Origin: an uncultured Gammaproteobacteria bacterium
Lineage (GTDB): Bacteria; Patescibacteriota; Microgenomatia; Daviesbacterales; UBA10151
Length of the DNA: 52,879 nucleotides
Assembly: GCA_964405655.1 (NCBI GenBank)
Contig: CAYOOO010000008.1
Span: forward strand, 1-52,879
Direction: 5' to 3'
This document shows, piece by piece, positions 45,215 through 52,879 of the stretch. Under the pieces are notes generated by a model, which saw nothing but the letters and a program-made list of their open reading frames with translations, was not told the DNA's origin and made no database searches. Position numbers and translations under genes: made by a program. Position 1 is the first letter of the stretch. Every line of letters begins with the position of its first letter.

Positions 45215-47323
45215 CTAAAGCTCTAAATATTCTTTTAAGGAAGACTTATATTCTGCTTGAAAGGCTTTGTCTACTTTAGCAATGGGATCGGATCCCAAAA
45301 ACTTTAATAGATCATCTAGCTTTTGCTTTCTTTCTCCTTTATCCTCAATATCTTTAAGTTCTAGAATCTTCTCTTCTACCTCAAAGTATCTTAGTTTGTC
45401 TTGTAAGGGTAGCTGCCAAAAGAGAAGAAATCCTCTATCTGGAAAATCTATACCTAATATTCTATAACAAGCTTGTAGAATATCTTTTTCTAATTCCTGT
45501 CTTATTTCTTCTATATTATTTTTTACCTCTTCTAGCTTTTCTAATTCAAAAGGTTCACTACCTATTTCAAAATACATTTTGGTCTTTGGTTCTGTTCCCG
45601 AGGGCCTGATTGTAACTTTTATAGAAATAGTTCCAGTAACTGGCTCTAAGTAAAAAACTAAAACATTTTTAGAAGCATGGTCTGTTTCAGAAAGTATTGG
45701 TTTTCTATTCAAATAATCCTCAAATTTTTGAACACTAAATCTACCAAAAGACTTTGGGGGATTATTCCTTAGAGTTTCTTGTATTTTATCTATCTGGCCC
45801 TTACCCTCGGCACCTGGTAAACGAATCTCCGTTAAATAATTTCTAAAATAACCATACTTAGCATAAACTTCATTTAGATAGTCAATCAAGGTTTTGTCTT
45901 TCTTTTTCAATTCGGCGGCTAGTTCAGAGAATAAAACTGCTGCCGGAGCAGAATCCTTGTCTCTAGCATAGCTACCAGCTAAATAACCATGTGACTCTTC
46001 ACAACTAAAAAGTACATTATCTATTTTTCCCTCTTTTTCTAACCTGTTCATTTCTGCTCCTACATATTTATAGCCCACTAATAGATCTCCTATTACTTCT
46101 GTATTGTTATGCTTAGCAATTTCATCAATTAAATTAGTTGTCACTACAGTCTTAATAACTATTCCTAAGTTATCTCTGGTGGGCTTTCTTCTTTCTAATA
46201 CATAATTAGTTAGGATAGCAGCTATCTGGTTACCGTTTAGAAATGTCCATTGCCCCTGATGATTAATCATTGCACCAAATCTATCAGAATCAGGATCACT
46301 GCTTAATAGTAGATCCGCATTTACTTCCTTTGCATATATTAAAGGGGTCTCGAAAGATTGCTCTACTTCTGGGTTGGGGATATTAAAAGTTACATTTTCA
46401 AACTTACCAGAGGGGTTAGAAGTCTTAGGATCCTTCTCTACTGAAAATCCCAATGTCTCTAACGCTTTGTAGACATTTTGTAAACCAGTTCCATGCAAAG
46501 GCGTATAAACAATTTTTATATCCCTCTCTGAAGATAAAGACGTTTTAGAGACAGCTTCCAAATATTTTTTATCAACCTCTTCGCCTATCATTTCTATTAA
46601 TCCCTGAGATTTAGCTTCCTCAAAGTCTAGTTCTTCTATTTTTGAAACATGTTCAACCACTTCATTAACTAAATGCTCATCATCAGGAGGGATTAGTTGT
46701 CCACCGAACTCGTCAAAAACTTTTTGACCATTATGCTCAGGTGGATTATGGGAGGCTGAGAAAACATTTCCCCCTACACAATTCAAATGTCTAATAGTGA
46801 AAGAGAGTTCAGGGGTAGTTCTTATATCTTCAAATAGATAAACCTTGATTCCATTACCTGAGTAAACTTGTGCTGCTTGCTCTGCTAAATCCCTGCACTT
46901 TAAATTTTTGACTGGATTAGACAAACTATCGCTTAAATATTTATTCCCAAAAAACTCTCTAACATCATACGCCAATGCTATTCCCCTTTTTTTGGCATCT
47001 TCCCCGTAGTGCTTTAAGAGATACTGAGCATGACCTTGGCAGGCAGCCTTAACAGTATAAGGATTGATCCTATTGGGCCCTACTCCAACCTCTCCTCTCC
47101 TACCCCCTGTTCCAAAAGGAATTACTTGATAGAAAGAATCTAAAAGATAATCCCAATATTTATTCTCGATTAAGTGTTCTATTTGAGGGTGGTATTCACT
47201 GAATCGTTCATCATTTAACCACTGCTCGAGTAATTCCAGAACTTGGTTTTGGTATTTCTCGCTAACGCTTAAGGTTTTGAAACCATTTTTTGAGTCCGTG
47301 AGTAATTTAGAAGCATTAATCAT
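45215..47323 (-). CDS. Phosphohexomutase (PGM/PMM family) with a C-terminal extension
   Basis: FGTGGRRG, SASHNP, DPDSDR, CEESHG and IRPSGTEPK. Confidence 0.93.
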   Translation of the reverse strand: MINASKLLTDSKNGFKTLSVSEKYQNQVLELLEQWLNDERFSEYHPQIEHLIENKYWDYLLDSFYQVIPFGTGGRRGEVGVGPNRINPYTVKAACQGHAQYLLKHYGEDAKKRGIALAYDVREFFGNKYLSDSLSNPVKNLKCRDLAEQAAQVYSGNGIKVYLFEDIRTTPELSFTIRHLNCVGGNVFSASHNPPEHNGQKVFDEFGGQLIPPDDEHLVNEVVEHVSKIEELDFEEAKSQGLIEMIGEEVDKKYLEAVSKTSLSSERDIKIVYTPLHGTGLQNVYKALETLGFSVEKDPKTSNPSGKFENVTFNIPNPEVEQSFETPLIYAKEVNADLLLSSDPDSDRFGAMINHQGQWTFLNGNQIAAILTNYVLERRKPTRDNLGIVIKTVVTTNLIDEIAKHNNTEVIGDLLVGYKYVGAEMNRLEKEGKIDNVLFSCEESHGYLAGSYARDKDSAPAAVLFSELAAELKKKDKTLIDYLNEVYAKYGYFRNYLTEIRLPGAEGKGQIDKIQETLRNNPPKSFGRFSVQKFEDYLNRKPILSETDHASKNVLVFYLEPVTGTISIKVTIRPSGTEPKTKMYFEIGSEPFELEKLEEVKNNIEEIRQELEKDILQACYRILGIDFPDRGFLLFWQLPLQDKLRYFEVEEKILELKDIEDKGERKQKLDDLLKFLGSDPIAKVDKAFQAEYKSSLKEYLEL

Positions 47324-47327
47324 TAAA

Positions 47328-47879
47328 CTACTTAGAAGCCTTTATTGATTTTAACACATGGTTTAAAACTTGCTCAGGAGTGAGATTTGTAGTATCAATG
47401 ACCAGGTCAAACAGTTTTGGATCCAAATGATTCTTAACTCCATATAACCTGGCAAATTTTTCAGAATAGCTTTCTGAGCGCTTTTTAGCATGGCGCTTGG
47501 CCTCCTCAATAGTAATCCCATCCCTTCTACTTGCCCGATCCATCTTAACTTTCTCATCAGTTACGCAAAGGATCCTAAATACATCCTGAAAGTCTTTAGC
47601 TAACCAACCAGCCAAATGAGATTCAAAGATAATATTTTTTTCATCCTGCATCTTCTTTTGATAACCCATATCAATCTTTCGATCAAGCTCTTCTGGAATT
47701 CTTTCTGATTGGTCAAGTGGGATATGATTTTCCTGGTGCCAATGCCTGAAGAACTCGCCAGCGTGCAGATGCTTCCAGCCTAAAATATTTGCCAGATTTT
47801 TAGCTAGGGTAGTTTTACCAGTCCCAATATCTCCAGAGACAGTAATATTTTTTATTTTAGGGTTAACTTGAAAGTTCAT
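47328..47879 (-). CDS. cmk: Cytidylate kinase, archaeal type
   Basis: ITVSGDIGTGKTT, ESHLAGW and Y...FDLVIDT. Confidence 0.8.
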   Translation of the reverse strand: MNFQVNPKIKNITVSGDIGTGKTTLAKNLANILGWKHLHAGEFFRHWHQENHIPLDQSERIPEELDRKIDMGYQKKMQDEKNIIFESHLAGWLAKDFQDVFRILCVTDEKVKMDRASRRDGITIEEAKRHAKKRSESYSEKFARLYGVKNHLDPKLFDLVIDTTNLTPEQVLNHVLKSIKASK

Positions 47880-47951
47880 GATCTAACATTTTAGGCTGCA
47901 CTGATATTTTGATCAGTACAGCCACAAAGATCTAACTAAATTGGAGTTATT

Positions 47952-48827
47952 TTAAATCAAATTGCTGCTTTCTACAACATTAGTATCAATTCCCATTTTC
48001 TTTAACTCTTTAATAAACTCACTCTTTCTATCAGATTGACAAGCTCTGCAAAAATCTTTATTACAAAAAGAAACCTCAGAAACAGATAAAATTTTGATGA
48101 TCTTTTGCTTTAAAATACTCTCAAACTTAGCCACCTCACTAAGATCAAATTCCTCATAAAAGCTATTATCCAGTGGATCCTGCCAAAATCTAACTACAAA
48201 TCTAGCCTTGGAAAAGCCTAATTTGGCTAACTTATCAAGACAAAGTAAAACATAGACTTTTGGCATTAAATCCATATCCATATTATCTTTACCTTTTTCA
48301 ATATCCTCCCTAAATTTATAATCTACCACCTCGGCAGTTCCATCATCGCCTGCCTCAATTGCATCTGGTCCTCCCCAAATTTTCCAAACACCCTCATCTG
48401 ATTTAATTACCCATTCACAAAAACCGACTTCAGCAATGGCTGGTTTGATCCTTCTTCCCAATGTTTCATAGTAAGCTGTAAAAATTTCATAGGCCTTTTG
48501 ACAGAGATCATCGTTTAAAAATTTTTCTATTCCTGAATAAAAAGAAGGTCTTTTTTGATATTTCACCTTATCAATCATCTGTTTACAAGAAGCAGTAATT
48601 AAATTTTTTATATATTGGAGAGGTTGATTATAGGAGCGGGTTTTATGAAATAGTTTGATTGTCTCATCCAAAAGGGACCCTAAGGCCATATTATAGTTAC
48701 CTTCCTCTATTTCATATTTTTTTTCTAAATGGTGAGTGACAAAAAATCTAAACGGACAAAACTCAAAGGTATGAAAATCTGTTAGAGAGTAACAATTTAT
48801 TCTAGGGATCCCATCATTATATGGCAT
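47952..48827 (-). CDS. Solo PD-(D/E)XK nuclease (Cas4/AddB/RecB-like)
   Basis: FCPFRF, GGPDAI...VVDYKF and C-terminal CNKDFCRAC. Confidence 0.75.
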   Translation of the reverse strand: MPYNDGIPRINCYSLTDFHTFEFCPFRFFVTHHLEKKYEIEEGNYNMALGSLLDETIKLFHKTRSYNQPLQYIKNLITASCKQMIDKVKYQKRPSFYSGIEKFLNDDLCQKAYEIFTAYYETLGRRIKPAIAEVGFCEWVIKSDEGVWKIWGGPDAIEAGDDGTAEVVDYKFREDIEKGKDNMDMDLMPKVYVLLCLDKLAKLGFSKARFVVRFWQDPLDNSFYEEFDLSEVAKFESILKQKIIKILSVSEVSFCNKDFCRACQSDRKSEFIKELKKMGIDTNVVESSNLI

Positions 48828-48899
48828 GTGATTAAATTACTCTCTTTAAAGCTACTTGTAAAGAAAATTGCGTGTATTTTATTATGTTATATTTAGAGA

Positions 48900-49427
48900 A
48901 TGCGGAGACTTCTCCTGCCCTTTTTTTTAGTTCTGTTTTTTTTAGTCATAAGTTTTACATTATTAATTCATACCTCCTTTGCCAGAATTACACCTGAAGA
49001 TATAGTCAACCAGCAAAGAGAAGACTATCAATCCAAAGTGAATAAGTATTCTCAGTCAAATAGAAAAAAATTGGAGGATTTATCAGCTAAAATTGCCAGT
49101 CTTAATAAAAAAGCTACTGATCAGTATACCCAAGTTATGGACAATCAGGCTCTTATTTTAGACGAGTACCAGAAAAGACTTGGTGGAGGTTCTAATCAAG
49201 CAACTGAAAATGCCAGGTATTGGCTGACGTTTGCTCATGAGGCTGTGGCTTACCAAGCAGCCAAAATTTATATTTTTAGTCTGACAAATGAAACGAATCT
49301 AAAGGGTGATGCCAACTTATTAATCTCCCAACTTCAATCTGATATAAGTACTTTAAGAGGAAAAGTCATCAAGTCTCAAAATATCATAAGGAACCTTCTG
49401 CTCTCGTCTACCAATGGCGGACGTTAA
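48900..49427 (+). CDS. Exported helical hypothetical protein
   Basis: Signal peptide-like N-terminus (..SFA|R) and heptad-like helical body. Confidence 0.65.
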   Translation: MRRLLLPFFLVLFFLVISFTLLIHTSFARITPEDIVNQQREDYQSKVNKYSQSNRKKLEDLSAKIASLNKKATDQYTQVMDNQALILDEYQKRLGGGSNQATENARYWLTFAHEAVAYQAAKIYIFSLTNETNLKGDANLLISQLQSDISTLRGKVIKSQNIIRNLLLSSTNGGR

Positions 49428-49435
49428 ATCGCTAT

Positions 49436-49702
49436 ATGAATATAAAAAGTTTGACTTTATTAATAGCCGTTTCTATCTTAATAGGTTTTCTAATCTTTAA
49501 ACTAACTGGTAACAAATTTAGCCAGGTGGAACAAATTGTCACCAAAAAAATCATCAGGAACCAAATCTCAATTCCCTCCCCTTCTCCTACTTTAAAACCG
49601 CTTGAACAAAATTCAAACCTTGATGAGGAAATAAATAAACTATCCCCCGCTGATTTTTCAGAAGATTTTGCAGATTTAAGAAAACAGGTCTCTAATTTTT
49701 AG
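49436..49702 (+). CDS. Small membrane-anchored hypothetical protein
   Basis: N-terminal TM segment and a PSPSPT linker. Confidence 0.55.
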   Translation: MNIKSLTLLIAVSILIGFLIFKLTGNKFSQVEQIVTKKIIRNQISIPSPSPTLKPLEQNSNLDEEINKLSPADFSEDFADLRKQVSNF

Positions 49703-50169
49703 TCCCAACCTAAGCTTTTGATAGCTTCCTCCGAATAAAACTTGACTGCCTTAGATAAATTATATCTTTGACTGGCTAGCTCAGTTAGATCTACCCATCT
49801 AAGATCATTATGCTCAGTTTCAGCTCTTTTAATCTGATCAGTTTTGGATCTTATCAAATAGGTCAGGCCGATGTGCTGATGAGTATCGCTAATTTTATGA
49901 ATATCTAAATAAGTTGGGGCAATTAAGAATTTTGTCCCATCTGAATTAATATCTGGTTTATTACCCTCTACTTCTAAATCTTCTTTTCTTATTCCTGTCT
50001 CTTCTTCTACTTCTCGAAACAAAGCCTGGATTGGATCTTCAGTAAGTTCAATATGTCCCCCAACTGGTAACCACCTCTTAAGCTTAATATGATCTACTAG
50101 TAAAACACTTCTTTTATAAACTATAAAAGCGGCAACTGTAAAATCTATTGCTTGATGAATATGGGCCAT
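49699..50169 (-). CDS. Nudix hydrolase
   Basis: GGHIELTEDPIQALFREVEEETGI Nudix box. Confidence 0.93.
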   Translation of the reverse strand: MAHIHQAIDFTVAAFIVYKRSVLLVDHIKLKRWLPVGGHIELTEDPIQALFREVEEETGIRKEDLEVEGNKPDINSDGTKFLIAPTYLDIHKISDTHQHIGLTYLIRSKTDQIKRAETEHNDLRWVDLTELASQRYNLSKAVKFYSEEAIKSLGWD

Positions 50170-50172
50170 TTT

Positions 50173-51825
50173 TTATTTTGGATTAACTGCCCTTAAAATC
50201 TCTTTACCATTATATAGATAAAATCTTTGAACTATTTCTTCATCCTTGGCAGGCAGTACCCAAGGACTACCAATAAAAAGAATATCTTTTTTATCTTTAT
50301 CCACTGTCCAATCTATTCTTCGATAATCAAAGTTTTGATACCTTATCCCATATTTTCCATCTTGTAATCTTACTGGGCTATTTTGATAAGTATAGGGATC
50401 AATCTGTCCATAAAACAATAAATAGATATACGGAGTAACAATTGTATAGGGTCCAAGAGTACCGTAACGGGAATCTAGAATAACTTCCTTATATTTATCA
50501 TGATTATCAAGAGCATATAAAACTGCCTCTTTCCATCCATCCATATAAAACTCTGAATTGGTTACTTGATATTGAATAAAGTAAAGATCGCTCATATAAC
50601 TGACACTAAAGATTACAACTGTACTAAGCCCAACTAGTAAAATTCTTTTTTGCCAAAAGTTTTTTTTAATTTTTCCTAATGTATAGTAGAAGCCTGAACC
50701 AACTATCAGCTCAAGTGAGGGAATTAAGGTGAGGGATCTAAAGTGATGCTTGGCATTGTTTGCCAATGATGCAGCCAGTGGACCAATCAACAACCATACA
50801 ACCAAAAGGATCTTTTCCTCTTTTTTAAAGATAAGTTTCTTAACCCAAATAACATAAAGACCTATCAAAAAAAATGGTAGTTCAAAAAGATAAAGAAAAC
50901 CTATATCAGGTGCATTAGGTAGCGTATAACCCATACCGTTGACAAACAACAGATTAAAATCAAAATAATCTAGATATCTCTTTGACCAAAAATTAAAGGT
51001 CAGAAAAAAGTTATTATCAAAGATTTTTTGGGCTAAATTTAAATTTTCATTTTGTTGATGGAGTTGTCCGCTTATATCTATATCCTTTGTTAAAAATGTC
51101 ATATCTACTCTGGTACGTCCTTGGGGAGTTGAGATTATAAAAAGAAACGGAATAATAACAACTAAACCAACTAGACTGGCAAAAATTAATTCCCTTTTCC
51201 TTTTTAACAATTGTTTTCTATAGATTAAAAATAGGCTTATTAGCAAAAGCGGGGTAAAAACTTTTTGTGCATGGTAGGCATAAAATGTTAAACCAAAAAC
51301 AACGGCTGATAACCAAAATATTTTTTTGTTGGCTTTTAAGGCAATAAAAAATAGTAGAGTACCAAGTAAAACTAAAAATAACCCAAGAGTTACATCATGA
51401 GACAGGCGGGAGGGTTTAAGATGCCAGGGTGAAATCGCTAAAGAAAAAGATGCCACTAAAGCAATTAGATTGTTATTTGTTAAAAGTTTAGTCAGAAAGA
51501 AAACTACAACAATCGTTAGTGCTCCAATTAGAGCAACAGTAATTCTGATTCCAAATTCATTTAAACCAAATACTGCAATAGCAGGAACCATTAGATAAAT
51601 TAACAGCGGGGACTTATAATCACCTGTTGAGCGAAAAGATAACGGCCAGGCTGTTCCGTACTCATCCTTTCCTGTTTTTAAAATCGAGTAAGCATTGTAT
51701 CCCTCAGCTGCCTCATCCATTGATAAAGAGATATTGGCTTTTGGAAGATTGATTACTCTAAAAATTAGACCAATTAGAAAAACTATTAAAATTAAAATAA
51801 CTACCAGACGGTTACTAATCTGCAT
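50173..51825 (-). CDS. GT-C fold glycosyltransferase (PMT/ArnT-like)
   Basis: Multi-TM protein with DEAAEGYNAYSILKTGKDEYG, DYKSP and ISPWH. Confidence 0.85.
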   Translation of the reverse strand: MQISNRLVVILILIVFLIGLIFRVINLPKANISLSMDEAAEGYNAYSILKTGKDEYGTAWPLSFRSTGDYKSPLLIYLMVPAIAVFGLNEFGIRITVALIGALTIVVVFFLTKLLTNNNLIALVASFSLAISPWHLKPSRLSHDVTLGLFLVLLGTLLFFIALKANKKIFWLSAVVFGLTFYAYHAQKVFTPLLLISLFLIYRKQLLKRKRELIFASLVGLVVIIPFLFIISTPQGRTRVDMTFLTKDIDISGQLHQQNENLNLAQKIFDNNFFLTFNFWSKRYLDYFDFNLLFVNGMGYTLPNAPDIGFLYLFELPFFLIGLYVIWVKKLIFKKEEKILLVVWLLIGPLAASLANNAKHHFRSLTLIPSLELIVGSGFYYTLGKIKKNFWQKRILLVGLSTVVIFSVSYMSDLYFIQYQVTNSEFYMDGWKEAVLYALDNHDKYKEVILDSRYGTLGPYTIVTPYIYLLFYGQIDPYTYQNSPVRLQDGKYGIRYQNFDYRRIDWTVDKDKKDILFIGSPWVLPAKDEEIVQRFYLYNGKEILRAVNPK

Positions 51826-52879
51826 AAACTACCTCCAAGATACTAAACTCTCCCCTATCTTGGTTATCTTTTTTTTCAATTAACTTATTTTTTAGGAAAT
51901 ATTTTTCTTCTTTTTTGTCAACAACATAAATATCAAATGGATGCTTGACGACCTCTAAGTTAGACAATTTTTGCTTTTCTTCTAAATACTTAAACCATTT
52001 ATCCTTTGCCAAACGGACATCTTTTAAATCACCAATGGTGACATTGTTAAACTGATTTAACCAAGCCCGGTAGAAATCAGATCTTTTTCGAGAAAGATTG
52101 GTTTGATTAAAGGGAACATTTAAATAATAAGTTATGGTCGGACCAGGGTTTGGTCTATTCGAATCAGATACCCAAATTTTTTTATCAGGATTTTTTTTAA
52201 TAAACTCTGCTATCTGATAATTCTCTTCTTGCCAAGTTAGATAAGATCTATTTTTTTCTTTGGCTAAAATATCAAATACTACCAAACTAAAATTTAGAGT
52301 TATCAGTAAAACTAATAAAATCTTAAGCCAAGCTCTTTTAACCTTAATTAAAGAAAAAGAAGAGAAAATAGAAATTGCAAAAAGACCTGGCAAAAAACGA
52401 TTTGTCTGGGGAGCCATCGATAAGAATACTCCTGGGAGAGTCGAGACCAACAAAAGAATAAAAATAAACAGGACCCCAATTGAAAAGTTTTGCCAAGCCA
52501 GTATCAACCCTATTACTGTAAATGGAAAAAATATCAGTAAGATAGGTCCAAAATTGCTAGGATTTTGTAAAGACTGAGAATCACCTCTGGTAAATAAAAA
52601 ACTTGGATTGATGTAACTTAAGAAATTTTCAACTATTTTAGTTAAGTAGTAAGACTTGTTAAAAAATATTGTTCCTAAATATTTATTACCCTTCTCTCTT
52701 TCCTGACCTCTCAACAAATTAACATTGGCCAAAAAATCACTTTTATAAAAAAGCGATAAATCATTTTCTTTGATACTTTGCCAACCAGCTGGGGTTTTTA
52801 TAATTAATAATAAAATTATTGCAAAGAAAGTTAAAACAGTTATTAAAACAGATCGTTTAACTTTCAATAAATTATGGAA
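51815..52879 (-). CDS. GT-C fold glycosyltransferase paralog; 5' end outside the window
   Basis: The frame is open to the window edge. It resembles the C-terminal half of the neighbour (SYINPSFLFTRGD vs DYFDFNLLFVNG; RFLP vs RSLT). Confidence 0.7.
   Translation of the reverse strand, partial: FHNLLKVKRSVLITVLTFFAIILLLIIKTPAGWQSIKENDLSLFYKSDFLANVNLLRGQEREKGNKYLGTIFFNKSYYLTKIVENFLSYINPSFLFTRGDSQSLQNPSNFGPILLIFFPFTVIGLILAWQNFSIGVLFIFILLLVSTLPGVFLSMAPQTNRFLPGLFAISIFSSFSLIKVKRAWLKILLVLLITLNFSLVVFDILAKEKNRSYLTWQEENYQIAEFIKKNPDKKIWVSDSNRPNPGPTITYYLNVPFNQTNLSRKRSDFYRAWLNQFNNVTIGDLKDVRLAKDKWFKYLEEKQKLSNLEVVKHPFDIYVVDKKEEKYFLKNKLIEKKDNQDRGEFSILEVVYAD

Noticed and set aside
47952-48827. CRISPR-Cas locus
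   Set aside because: There are no equally spaced direct repeats with spacers and no cas1/cas2. The dispersed hairpins are not an array.
1-52879. tRNA, rRNA, transposase, integrase or prophage genes
   Set aside because: No cloverleaf with T-loop/D-loop consensus, no rRNA-like stretch and no DDE, Y1 or tyrosine-recombinase motifs were recognised by eye.

Overview
AT-rich bacterial chromosome segment using genetic code 11. It looks like Patescibacteria/CPR, probably Microgenomates-like. That is inferred from the absence of rpmD (L30) at its usual place, ribosomal proteins with long terminal extensions, few Shine-Dalgarno sites, PsbP-like exported proteins and GT-C glycosyltransferases. The core (12.6-42.9 kb, minus strand) is the rpoBC-str-S10-spc-alpha cluster, continued by rplM-rpsI. 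It is interrupted by a Gre-factor N-terminal half-protein, an antisense kinase-like ORF and a small orphan. The left flank holds an ArsR-regulated thioredoxin/CcdA-DUF3179 redox operon, a DUF763 operon, and metK under a SAM-I riboswitch. The right flank holds tgt, a Cof-type HAD, a phosphohexomutase, an archaeal-type cmk, a solo PD-(D/E)XK nuclease, a Nudix hydrolase and GT-C genes. The most unusual signals are non-coding or too small for the ORF track. (1) Hairpin-containing spacers in the ribosomal operon carry mini-ORFs that repeat the N-terminus of the next gene (rpsS twice, adk, rplX), and one spacer repeats the C-terminus of rpsH. (2) A dispersed palindromic element lies in frame in the tails of L22 and L29 and recurs in the tuf leader. 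(3) Two hairpins are inserted exactly in the kink-turn of the SAM-I riboswitch. (4) Terminator-like leaders precede rpoB, gre/fusA, tuf and rplC. I saw no rRNA, tRNA, CRISPR array, transposase or integrase. All family calls come from motif recognition, not database searches.
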